Shown here piece after piece: positions 51,257 through 61,133 of a stretch of DNA of 64,000 nucleotides. The notes under the pieces were generated by a model. The model saw nothing but the letters and a program-made list of their open reading frames with translations. It was not told the DNA's origin and made no database searches. A program made the position numbers and the translations under genes. This DNA comes from Chiloscyllium plagiosum. Lineage: Eukaryota. The stretch is from contig NC_057713.1 in the NCBI RefSeq assembly GCF_004010195.1, positions 22,560,703 through 22,624,702 on the forward strand, given 5' to 3'. How positions within the stretch are numbered: the stretch's first letter is position 1; each line of letters opens with the position of its first letter.

Positions 51257-51891
51257 CAGAAATATGAATTGCTGGAAAAGCACAGTAGTTCTGGTAGCAT
51301 TTGTAGAGAGAAAGCAGAGTTCACATTTCAGGTCCAATGATCCTTCTTCAGAATTCATTTTAGCGAGGAAAAGGCTGGTGTATGTGTTGAAAATAGGTTT
51401 GGGGCAGGGGGCCAGGAGTAAATGATATGTAAAGATGGGGCCCAGAGCGAGAGAACAACAGCAGACGAAGGAATGGGTATAGGTCAGCGTGGGAGAATCG
51501 GTAGCTGCTAATACGACCATGTAATGACAAAGCCTGGTGTGTAGGGAGTCATGGTAAGAACATGGGAGAAGTTGCTCAGGCCCTAAAATTATTGAACTCA
51601 ATATTGAGTCCTGAAGACTGCAGAGTCCTCAAGCGGAAAATGAGGTGCTGCTCTTCCAGCTTGCACTGAGCTTTGCTGGAGCCCTGCAGCAAGCCTGAGA
51701 TAGAGATATTATCTGGAGAACATGGAGGCATGTTGTAGTGGCAGACAACAGGAAGTTCAAGGTCATTTTTGCAGACAGAATGCAGGTGTTCTACAAAGCG
51801 GTTGCCCAGTCTCCACACATGCTGCCAGACCTGCTCAGTTTTTACAGCTATTTCTGGTTTTGTTTCTGATTTTCAGCAACTTTAGTTTTTG
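51257..51891 (-). mobile_element. Penelope-like element fragment: GIY-YIG endonuclease C-terminus, pLTR and inverted pLTR piece
   Basis: ORF 51576-51818(-) RLGNRFVEH...KLEEQHLIFRLRTLQSSGLNIEF is the PLE GIY-YIG C-terminus; hammerhead-like CTGAAGA..GAAA at 51317-51356(-). Confidence 0.88.
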
Positions 51892-52204
51892 ATGTGTTCA
51901 TTTTTAACTTGAGTTCAGTAGCCTGCATTACTTAAGGAAGTATTCCTGCAGCATACTATAGCTGCCCATATTTACTTTCGATCAGGTATGAAGCATCACA
52001 CACAGATTATGGTGTACCCTCTTTCCAACACGGATCAGAAGACAAAGAGAAGACAAGAGGAAAAAGAAAATTCACCACTGTTGACAATTTCTTTAACTCA
52101 CTGGAGCTTAGTTCAATTATTTAGCTTAACCTTTATAACTCCCAATGCAACCTTAATTTCTATCAAAACTGGAATGGAACATAACATAGTGAAGCTTCTT
52201 CAGT

Positions 52205-53732
52205 AAATTGATATGTGCATTTCAAGCAGAGTCAGCACGGCTTCATGAAAGGGAAATCGTATTTGACTAATTTTGAGTAAGACTCAACCAGAGTGGATAG
52301 AGGGGAACTTAACGGTGTGTTGTATTTGGACTTAATGTCATTTGACAAGGTATCTCTCAAAATGTTAGGACATAAGATTACGACAGTGCAGGGTGGCACG
52401 GTGGCTCAGTGGTTAGCAATGCTGCCTTGCAGCGCCAGGGACCCGTGTCTGTGTGGGTTTTCTCCGTGTGCTCCGGTTTCCTCCCACAGGCCAGGTGAAT
52501 TGGCCGTGCTAAATTGCCCATAGTGATAGGTGCATTAGTAGGGAGTAGGGGAATGGGTCTGGGTGGATTACTTTTCGGAGGGTCGTTGTGGACTTGGTGG
52601 GCCAAAGGGCCTGTTTCCGCACTGTAGGGAATCTAATCTAGTATATTAGCAGAAATAGAGAATTGGCTATTGGGCAGGAAATAGTCAATGGAATTGAGGT
52701 TCTTTATCAGGTTGATGACTTGTGACCAGTGAAGTCCAACAGGGATACGTACTGGGACTGCAATTATTTATAATATGTTTAAGTGACAGAGGAAGGAGGT
52801 GGGTGTACTGCAGCCAAATTGGCACAGGACAGAAAAATAGATGGAAACACGGGTCATTACAAGGATCCATACAGTATATAGAGAGATATTGATAGATTAA
52901 GTAAACAAGCAAAGATAGGCAAATAGAATATAATGTGGGAAAAAGTAAAATTCATAATGTAAGGGAGAACAAAAGGACAGAATTATTTAAATGGAGAAAA
53001 CCTGCAGAAAGCTTAACACAAAGAGACTTCGGGATACTTGTGCATAAAACACAAGAAGTTAGCATTCAACTGCAGCAAATAATAGGAAGGCTAACAGAAT
53101 GTTGTCCCTTTTTTCAAAGTGGTTGGATTATAAGAGATGGGGAGTTTTCCCAAAACTGTACAAGATACTGGTGAGTCCACATCTGGAGTACTGAGAGCAG
53201 TTTTGGCCCCCTTAATTTTGGAAATATTTCATTTAGAGGCAGTTCAGAGAAGGTCGACTCAGATGATCCCTTTTATGAGACGATTGTCTTCTGAGCAGAG
53301 GCTAAACAGGTTGAGAATCTACTCACTGCAGTTTAGAAGAATGGGAGGTGATCTTATTGAAATATGTAAGATTCTTAAAGGGACTGGCAGGGTAAATACT
53401 GAGAGTGTATTTATGGGAGAGTCACGGACCGAAGGATGTAGTCTCAGTAAAGGGGTGCCAATTGAAGACTGAGATGAGGAAGAAATCCTTCTCTCAGAGG
53501 GTTGTAAATCTTTGAAACACCTTGACACAGCAGCTATGGGGGCAGATTCCTTGTGGATGTTGAAGGCTGAAATAGATGGATTATTTATTGTTAGGGGATC
53601 AAGGGTAACAAGGAAAGGGCAGAAAACTGGATGTGAGGAATGTCTCATTAGCCATGATTCTGTTGATGCCAAAGCAGGCTCAAGGGACCGAAAGGCTACT
53701 GTTGTTACTAAGTCTTAATGTTCTTATGGCCT
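52205..53732 (+). mobile_element. Decayed CR1 RT-to-3' fragment hosting a HE1 copy
   Basis: cagcacggcttcatgaaagggaaatcg (QHGFMKGKS); ORF 53137-53472 LEAVQRRSTQMIP..GDLIE..ESRT; CR1 3' UTR. Confidence 0.9.
52391..52640 (+). mobile_element. HE1-type SINE with two internal deletions (B-box lost)
   Basis: gggacccg|tgtctgtgtggg and cccacag|gccaggtg junctions relative to 37818 and 50455; intact AATCT tail. Confidence 0.9.
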
Positions 53733-54021
53733 TATAAGGAAAATTGGAAAACTAAAAGACCATTCAATCCAATGAGTATTTCCCAAATGCTCTGTAATAT
53801 TGGCAACAACCTACTTTATCAAAATTCCATGTTTTATCCACCAAGGAACACCAAGGAATGGTTTTAAGAAATGTATTTTCCCAATTCTCATCCTGCAATA
53901 GAAGCATTGAATGCCAGAAAGCTGACACATGGAGACCAACAAACTAAAAAACCCTAAATTTATTTAATGAGCCCATTGCTTGAGATTTCATTTTTTTGAA
54001 ATATATCTTGGAAAGCAAGTA

Positions 54022-54196
54022 CAGAGGAACCTCGATTATCCGGCATTCAATTATCTGAGTATCGAATTATCCAGCAAGATTGCAATGTCCTGATGCTCAG
54101 CTAAACTGTGTAATCCAGCATTCGATTATCCAGAATTCAATTTAACTGAATGAAATACTGCCCGCCCATGTCCTCCGGATAGTTGAAGTTCACCTG
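54022..54196. mobile_element. pogo/Tigger-type MITE
   Basis: TA|CAGAGGAACCTCGATTATCCGG ... CCGGATAGTTGAAGTTCACCTG|TA TIRs; internal attcgattatcc repeats. Confidence 0.85.
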
Positions 54197-55142
54197 TAGA
54201 TGAAATGCTATTGGGAGTAGGTAGGAATGTGGACTTGAAGTCACAGTCACATCAGCCCTAATCTTGTTGAAGGGCTGATCAGACTCAATGGGGACCAATA
54301 GCCTACTCCTGCTCTGAACGTCAAGAAGAGTTCCACTTCCTTTTTCCATGCAGGCTTGAACTACTGTTTCTTCTCCAAAGCCTGTTCTAAAACAACCAAT
54401 CTCTCATAGCTGTGGTCATCACTGAAATGGCCAGTTATCGTTAATCAGTCCCTTTAAAATAACCGAAGCAGCTGCACAACCCCTGTTCCTACTTCCAGTT
54501 TTCACAGGCAACATTTTAAACTGCCTCTCTGCCACCTCCACCCACAGCCAGCTTACACTCTACTGCCCAGCTCACCCAAGGCTCTGCATGGTGTCTGGTT
54601 TTAACTGGCTTCCATCTGCCTTGAAATCTGAGTACACAGCTGATTAAAAACCTGAAGTCTTAGTTTCTCTTTCATTTATGAAATGTCTTTTACGAAAAAG
54701 CTACATTTAATAAATCATTTACCAACCCGTCTGTGAGGATAAAACTCACACATGTTTCACCACTAGTCTTGCAAATTGCCATCAGTAACTAGTAAATCAA
54801 CTTTGGGTGTGAATAATGCAGTAAAAACCTGAAAACTAATTGTGTTGTACAAATGCAGTGCAAAACATTGCAAGATTTTTTTTTTCAAATGTTTTAACTC
54901 TTTCAGATTAATCTTGCAAAATCAAGCATGTATATGATTGGTCAAAATGTCTCTTTTTCTACTGTAAAACATTTGTGATTCTTCAAAATAATGTTGGAAT
55001 ATTTACCTTGATAAGATGAAAACTGCTTATATTACCATGCATATTGCATTTAATGTATATCTAAAGAGAGTTGCTTTGCCGTATAGTGATGTATTTTTGA
55101 AAATTACTTGCACATTCCTATTTTGCCTTTAATTTATTTTAG

Positions 55143-55212
55143 GTCTTCCAGCCCTAGTTGTGGCAACATCTGTTGGATTTACCAAATCAAAGGGATATGG
55201 AACAGTGAACTA
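55143..55212 (+). CDS. ADGRB1: ADGRB1 coding exon: TM4-ECL2, (G)LPALVVATSVGFTKSKGYGTVN(Y)
   Basis: ttattttag acceptor, CTA|gtgagt donor; 70 nt, phase 1 to 2. Continues the frame of the previous exon. Confidence 0.96.
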
Positions 55213-56324
55213 GTGAGTAGGCCATGGCACTCTTGCTTAATGATTTGTTTGGGAAATATATGCTCACCCTTTTACTGTCATTTCTATTACAAAGGGAATC
55301 ATTACAGTCTTTCAGTTCACTAGGAGTTAAACTTGTTGTTAGTACTAGGCACAGACCGCTCCTACCTCTCATAAATTGCCAACCATAGGCTTGTGTTAAT
55401 CATTCATTTGTCTAGCACCAGGCATGTTTTGAACTGCAGAGAGAAACTTCAGTCAAAGTTCAGTAACTTTTTCATTTAGCTTTTTTTCTTTACCTCTTGT
55501 GGTTTAATGCTTCATCATTTAATTACATAACTGTTTATGTTTGCTCTATTGAATGTTTAAAAACTAAAATCATTATTATAATACAACAATTATGATACTG
55601 TATCTGTTGTGGCGTACTATTGAAAAAAACACTTGTACAGGTTTCAGATATTTATTGTACACTTTGCTTAAGGGTGATAGTTGGCTTGTACTGGAAAGAA
55701 GACATGTACTACTCACTCAGAAAAATGCTCTGAAAATTGGTGATGGTGATCCATATGCAGTTTAAAAATGATTGGAAGTTCTCAAAAGCCACATCATATA
55801 CCTAAAACTCATTACTAGTTACCTTCGTATTCTCTGTGCCACATATATATGTGCATTTATTTTAGAGAAAAAAAAAACTTACTGATAGGAAAGAAAGCCT
55901 TGGTTTTGTGGAGCACCTTTCCTGACCTCAAGACATCCTAAAGCACTTCACAGCCAATGAAGCCATTGTTGTAATGTGGGAATCTTACAGCAAGCTGCCA
56001 TGTAGAGCAGTGTGAAGACTAGGGTGCTGATTTGCATTCTCAGGTCAAGTTGCACAGTGTTGGGAGAAATCTGGTCCACACAAACCCAAATTTTAAAATG
56101 GAGACCTACACTTCGTATTTTTGGTTGGGTGGGAAGTGCAAGCAGGCTGGATTGGCCAGTGCTGCTCCATGTAACCTCTGTATCCCCCTGGACTGTCTTC
56201 CATGTTCCCTCAGATCACTGTCACCCCATGTTATTTCCATGTGCCCCCAACCCCCATGTATTTTCCAGTGCCACTCTCCCTTTATGCACTACCCAATTCC
56301 ATACAAGATCATTTTATTTTCCTT

Positions 56325-57290
56325 GGAACGTAGGTTGAGGAGTGGCCTATTCAGCACCTCGAGCCCGCACTACCATTCATCCACCTCACACTGTTATTCC
56401 ACACTACCCTTAAACTCCTTGATGTCATTAGTATCTAGAAATTTATTAATCTCTATCTTGAACATACTCAATGACTGAGCTTGCATAACCCTCTGGGGAT
56501 AGAGACTCTGTCCCCTCTGAATGAAGAAATTCCTCTTCACCGCAATCATTAAATGGTTTAAATTATAAGTCTGTTTCCTGATTTTTAAAAATTATTCATT
56601 CACAGGATGAGGGCATCATTGGCTAGGTAGCATTTATTGCCCATCAGGCTGTTAAGAGTCAACCTCATTGCTGTGGGTCTGGAGTCACATGTAAGCCAGA
56701 TCAGGTAAGGATGGCAGCTTCCTTCCCTGAAGGACATTAGTAATCCAGATGGGTTTTTCCAACAATCAACGATGTATTCATGGTTATCACTAGACTCTTT
56801 AATTCCAGATGTTTACCAAATTTGGATTCCACTGTTTGCCATGGAAGGGTTCAAACCCATGTCCCCAGAACATATTCTGGGTCTCTGGATTAACAGTCCA
56901 GTAATAATACTACAAGGCCATTGCCTTCCCATAGCTTCTGTCTCCAACAGTCCCGAGAAACATCCTTTCTGTATCCGCACTGTCTAGCACTTCAAGAATT
57001 TTGTAAGTTTCAATGAGCTCACCTCACATTCTTTTAACCTGCAGAGAACCCAGGGCCAGTTTCATTTTGCTTTCTCTCAAGAAACAATTCCATGACTGCA
57101 TGAAATCAATCTGGTGATTTTTTTTGCTGCATTTACTCAGTGGTGTACAAGGGAACCAAAGAGGCACCAATAATCCACATGTGGCTTTACAAAGGATCTA
57201 TACTTTAAAAGCAAAACATATTACATTTGTACTCAAATCCTCTTGTGATAAAGACAGTCCTAGATGCTTGCTGCAGATGCATATTAACTT
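56325..57290 (-). mobile_element. CR1 3' fragment hosting SINE family B
   Basis: ggcctattcagcacctcgag; ctctatcttgaacatactcaatgac; ctgtctagc..aagaattttgtaagtttcaatgag resumes after 56930. Confidence 0.75.
56590..56930 (-). mobile_element. tRNA-derived SINE family B, best-preserved copy
   Basis: Reverse complement gggaaggcaatggccttgtagtattattactggactgttaatccagagaccc...gggtttgaaccc (B-box-like)...gatgggcaataaatgct...catcctgtgaatgaata. Confidence 0.85.
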
Positions 57291-57619
57291 TCAGTGGAGA
57301 GAGAGCTCTCCCCATGTAATAAAAATCTTCAGATCATTGTTTCTAGGATGTGAATAAAAGTTGAAATAGTTGTAATCTTATTACCTTGTATCAGCAAACA
57401 ATAAATTACATCAACATATTCATCCTCAAATGGATAGAACACATAATGTGCTGAAATCCAATTACACTTGAAATTCAGCCAAGCATCCACAATGGCCACA
57501 GCTGTCCAACCAATAGATTTGTTTCTGGGAAGATGCTCTTCTCTGTCACTTTCTCTCTCTGTCTTACACTCCTTTCACGTTCTCTCATTCTTGTGTTGAA
57601 TGTCTAGAAGTTACTAATT

Positions 57620-58095
57620 AGTCCAGTGCTGGATGTATGCACCCTACCATTGGTATGTTTGCTGAAGTGGTTGGGTGGGATGCTTCGTTTTCATACACTC
57701 TTTCCATTATTTATGCTTCGCCTCCATCTTGATCTATCAAAGACGACACTCAGTAGCTGGCACCTTCATAGTTGCTTCATCTTCAGTGAGAGCATTGTTA
57801 AGGCAATGGGGATATGCGATTTTTCAAAGAGATTTTGAAGGCGTCCTCAAAGCATGCCTCTATCCCCTTGGTGTCTGCTCATTGTGACAAAGATTGGGGA
57901 AGAGAGCTAGTTTGGGAAGTCTTGTGTCAGGCATTCATATGATGTCGTCCACCCAACACAGCTGGTTGACTGTAACCAGTGCCTTGGCACTGGGGATGCT
58001 TTCCTGAGAGAGGGCATTGAAACTAGAGTGTACATCTGGCCAGTGGATTTGTGGGATTTTGCAGAATTATTGCTGGTGATGCTTCTCAATTTCAA
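57620..58095 (-). mobile_element. RTE-clade (BovB-like) LINE 3' fragment
   Basis: Minus strand reads IEKHHQQ*FCKIPQIHW...IPS..L...QLCWV..I*MPDTRLPK, the RTE C-terminal signature QLRW.GH..RMPD.RLPK. Confidence 0.75.
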
Positions 58096-58348
58096 TGGAA
58101 AGTTCTTGTCTGTTGACGTAAGAAGAGCAGATAGTTAAATTTTCTTTGCAATGATGATTATTTTCAACTGGCAAAACCAAAAGTAAGAGATCATTAGATG
58201 CCTCACAAGTGTCAAAATCAATTCTAATTTTATTGGGCAAAGCCATGTAAATGATGAGTGAAAGATGGGAGGACAGGCTGATAGGGTTATTTGTAGTATT
58301 TTTTTTCACTGCATTCTGTTGCTTTCATTATTGGAAAAGCATTGTGTA

Positions 58349-58708
58349 CGGTTAGACAACCCTTTATCCCAAATCCAAAAATCCGAAAAGCTTCGAAATC
58401 CAAAAGCTTTCTTGTGAAGTTTTTTTTTCTCATTAACAAAGTTGCTTGGCATGCAACAGTTAACCTAACTCCACACCCACTCGATGCATGTCACTCAGAT
58501 GAGATGTGGGGGGGGGGGGTAGGTGTGGCCTAGCACTGGTAGGCCTCAGTTCTGTCTCAGGGCTCATAGTACTTGCAGTGAGTCTGCTTTTCAGTAAGAA
58601 TTTTTTTACGTTTCACCGTCAAATTATCACTTATTCCGAAATTTGGAAAATTTCAAATTCTGAAAACCAGCTGGTACCAAGTGTTTCATATAAAGGATTG
58701 TGCACCTG
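58349..58708. mobile_element. Tigger-type MITE (MER46/Tigger4-like ends)
   Basis: TA|CGGTTAGACAACCCTTTATCCCAAA ... TTTCATATAAAGGATTGTGCACCTG|TA; subterminal aaatccgaaa repeats. Confidence 0.75.
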
Positions 58709-58734
58709 TATACACAAAAAGTAGAAGCCAAAGA

Positions 58735-59760
58735 TTTAGCATAAAGATAGCAGCTTAGGATGACAATGTGTAACTAGTAGAGTGCTATAGGAGTCAGTGC
58801 TGGAACCACAATTATTTAAAATATTTATTAATGACTTTATTGACAGAGTAAATGTATTATATCCAAGTTTGCAGATGACACTAAAATAGCTTAGGAGCCA
58901 AGTAGTGGCAATGTCATAAAAGGTCTTGAGGTATTTGGATAAGTTTAGTGAGTGTGTGAAAACCTGGCAGATGGAATTTAATATGGGAGACTGTGAAGTT
59001 GTACACTTCAGGAAGAATAGAAGAGCTTAGTGGGGAAAAGTGTAGAAAACTACAACACAAAGGGATTTGGATGTCCTAATGCATGAACCACACAAATATA
59101 AAACAAATTAACATCCAGGTACATCAGGTAATAAGGAAGGCAACTAGAATGTTGGCCTTTATTTCAAAGGGAATGGAATGTAAAAATAGGGATATCCTGT
59201 TAAAACTATACAAGGCACTAGCCAGATCAGAGTTGGAATAGTGTGAAAAATATATTGGTCCCTTTATCTAAGGAAAGATATACAGGTAATAAAGGCAGTC
59301 CACAGAAGGCTCACAAGGCTGATAGCAGTATAGAGGGATTTTATTTTGTGAAGAGAGGTTGGCTGGACTTGTTCTCGTTGGAGTTTAGGAGAATGAGAAG
59401 AGACCTTATTGAAACATATGTTTCTTAGGGTATTTGATGGGGTTGGTGCAGAGAGGTTGCTTCTCTTTGTGGGCAAATCTAGGACCCAGAGGCAGAGTTT
59501 CAGAGTGAGGGAATACCCATTTAAGTCAGAGATGAGGAGGAATTTCTACTTTCGGAAAGTAATGGATCTGTGGAATTTTTTTACTGCAGAGATCTGGATC
59601 ATTAAGTATATCAGAGTCTGAGATTGGCAGAGTGTAAACCTGTAAGGGAATCAAGGCTTTTGGGAGTAAGACAAGAAAGTGGATTATGAGGTGAGCTGCA
59701 ATTTCATTGAATGGCAGAGGAGACCTGATGAACCAAATAACTTATTCCTCTATTTCATAG
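58735..59760 (+). mobile_element. Decayed CR1 RT-to-3' fragment
   Basis: ggagtcagtgctggaacc; tccaagtttgcagatgacactaaa (SKFADDTK); tggcagatggaatttaat (WQMEFN); DLIET. Confidence 0.9.
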
Positions 59761-61133
59761 TTTTCAATACACACAAGACTGGTTACTATAAGGGTCAACT
59801 TGCCTTAAAGAAGAGGTCCCAATGATGAATCACCATATTAAAAACATGCATGCGATATGATAAAGAATCTAATAAGGATATTTGAAGGTGTGAAAAGAAA
59901 ATTACACCTTTTCAGAATGTTCCACATTCCCCAGCAGATTTTCCATTTTGGGCAAACTTGCAAACCTGGGTTGTGCTGCGTAAGGGATTCTGTGCTTTTC
60001 CAGCACCACCCTTTTTGACTCTAACTCTCCAACATCTGCAGCCCCCTCTTTCTGCTAAAACTCTGCACAGCCAGACAAATATGGTGTGCTGGAGAAAATG
60101 TGATTTTCACTTCATTTAAAATGGGGAACCCGACTTCAGCAGGGATCTTTAGAGTTTTTGCACATTAGCCTTTCCTGATCGGAACAAAGACTAGAGGATA
60201 ATAGTGTGGGGGTCTGTAATGCAGAAGAAAATTGGATTTCTTCCCAGCAAAATATAGTTGGAAGTTCTTCCACATAGGAAATGCAATAGCATCCACTCTC
60301 AAATGAAAATTGAACCCTGAACGTGAATGAAAGTTTGATATAAATCTAAAGTTAAATACCGCGAATAGTTTGTTAGGGATCAAAAATTGACAAATATTGC
60401 CGCTACTAAAATTTCATATACAATCCTGATAATACGGTTCTACTCAACCTGTAGGGAGGCCAACAAGTCTGTCAACATTAGAAAACAGGACAGATAGGTT
60501 AGTGTTTTACTGATAACACAATATCATTTTGCCTAAGAAAAGCAATACCTATGCGGTTAGGCTTAACCCTGTCCACTCAACAAGGACAACATTTTGAGTG
60601 GCACAGTGCTAAATGTGAGCAATGGAAACATTGCTGTTCCCTCGACAGAACATGTGAGACACAAGTGCACAGGGCAAGCAATTGTGTATCTCCTTAATTA
60701 ATCTAATTACAGGTTTGTGAACTGAACAGTGCAATTTCTGAGAAGAATGTATGGTTTACAGTGGACAACTTTAATGTAAGTTATGACATGGAGGGAAATT
60801 GAGACTGAATTAAGTTTGTGTTTGTGAGAGAGAGAGAGATGAGACAAAAAGCGTTAAACTCAGTGAATTCAAATCATTCCTAACAATTGAAAAAGCCTTA
60901 AAGAATGAAACTCCATATTTGAATTTTAATGTTAAGCATCAGAGTGGTTAATAGGGGCTAATTAATATTCAAAACAATTTTAGAAGGTCATTTAGACTTG
61001 ACTTTCTGAAGTGAATCTTCTTTGGTGTTGTGCAAATATAGAAACTTCACGCTACTGAATTAATTTGGACTGTGAGATTAAGATGTTACAAAAGTAATGG
61101 AGAAACAGCGCAGAACAGATTGTAACTCTTGAT

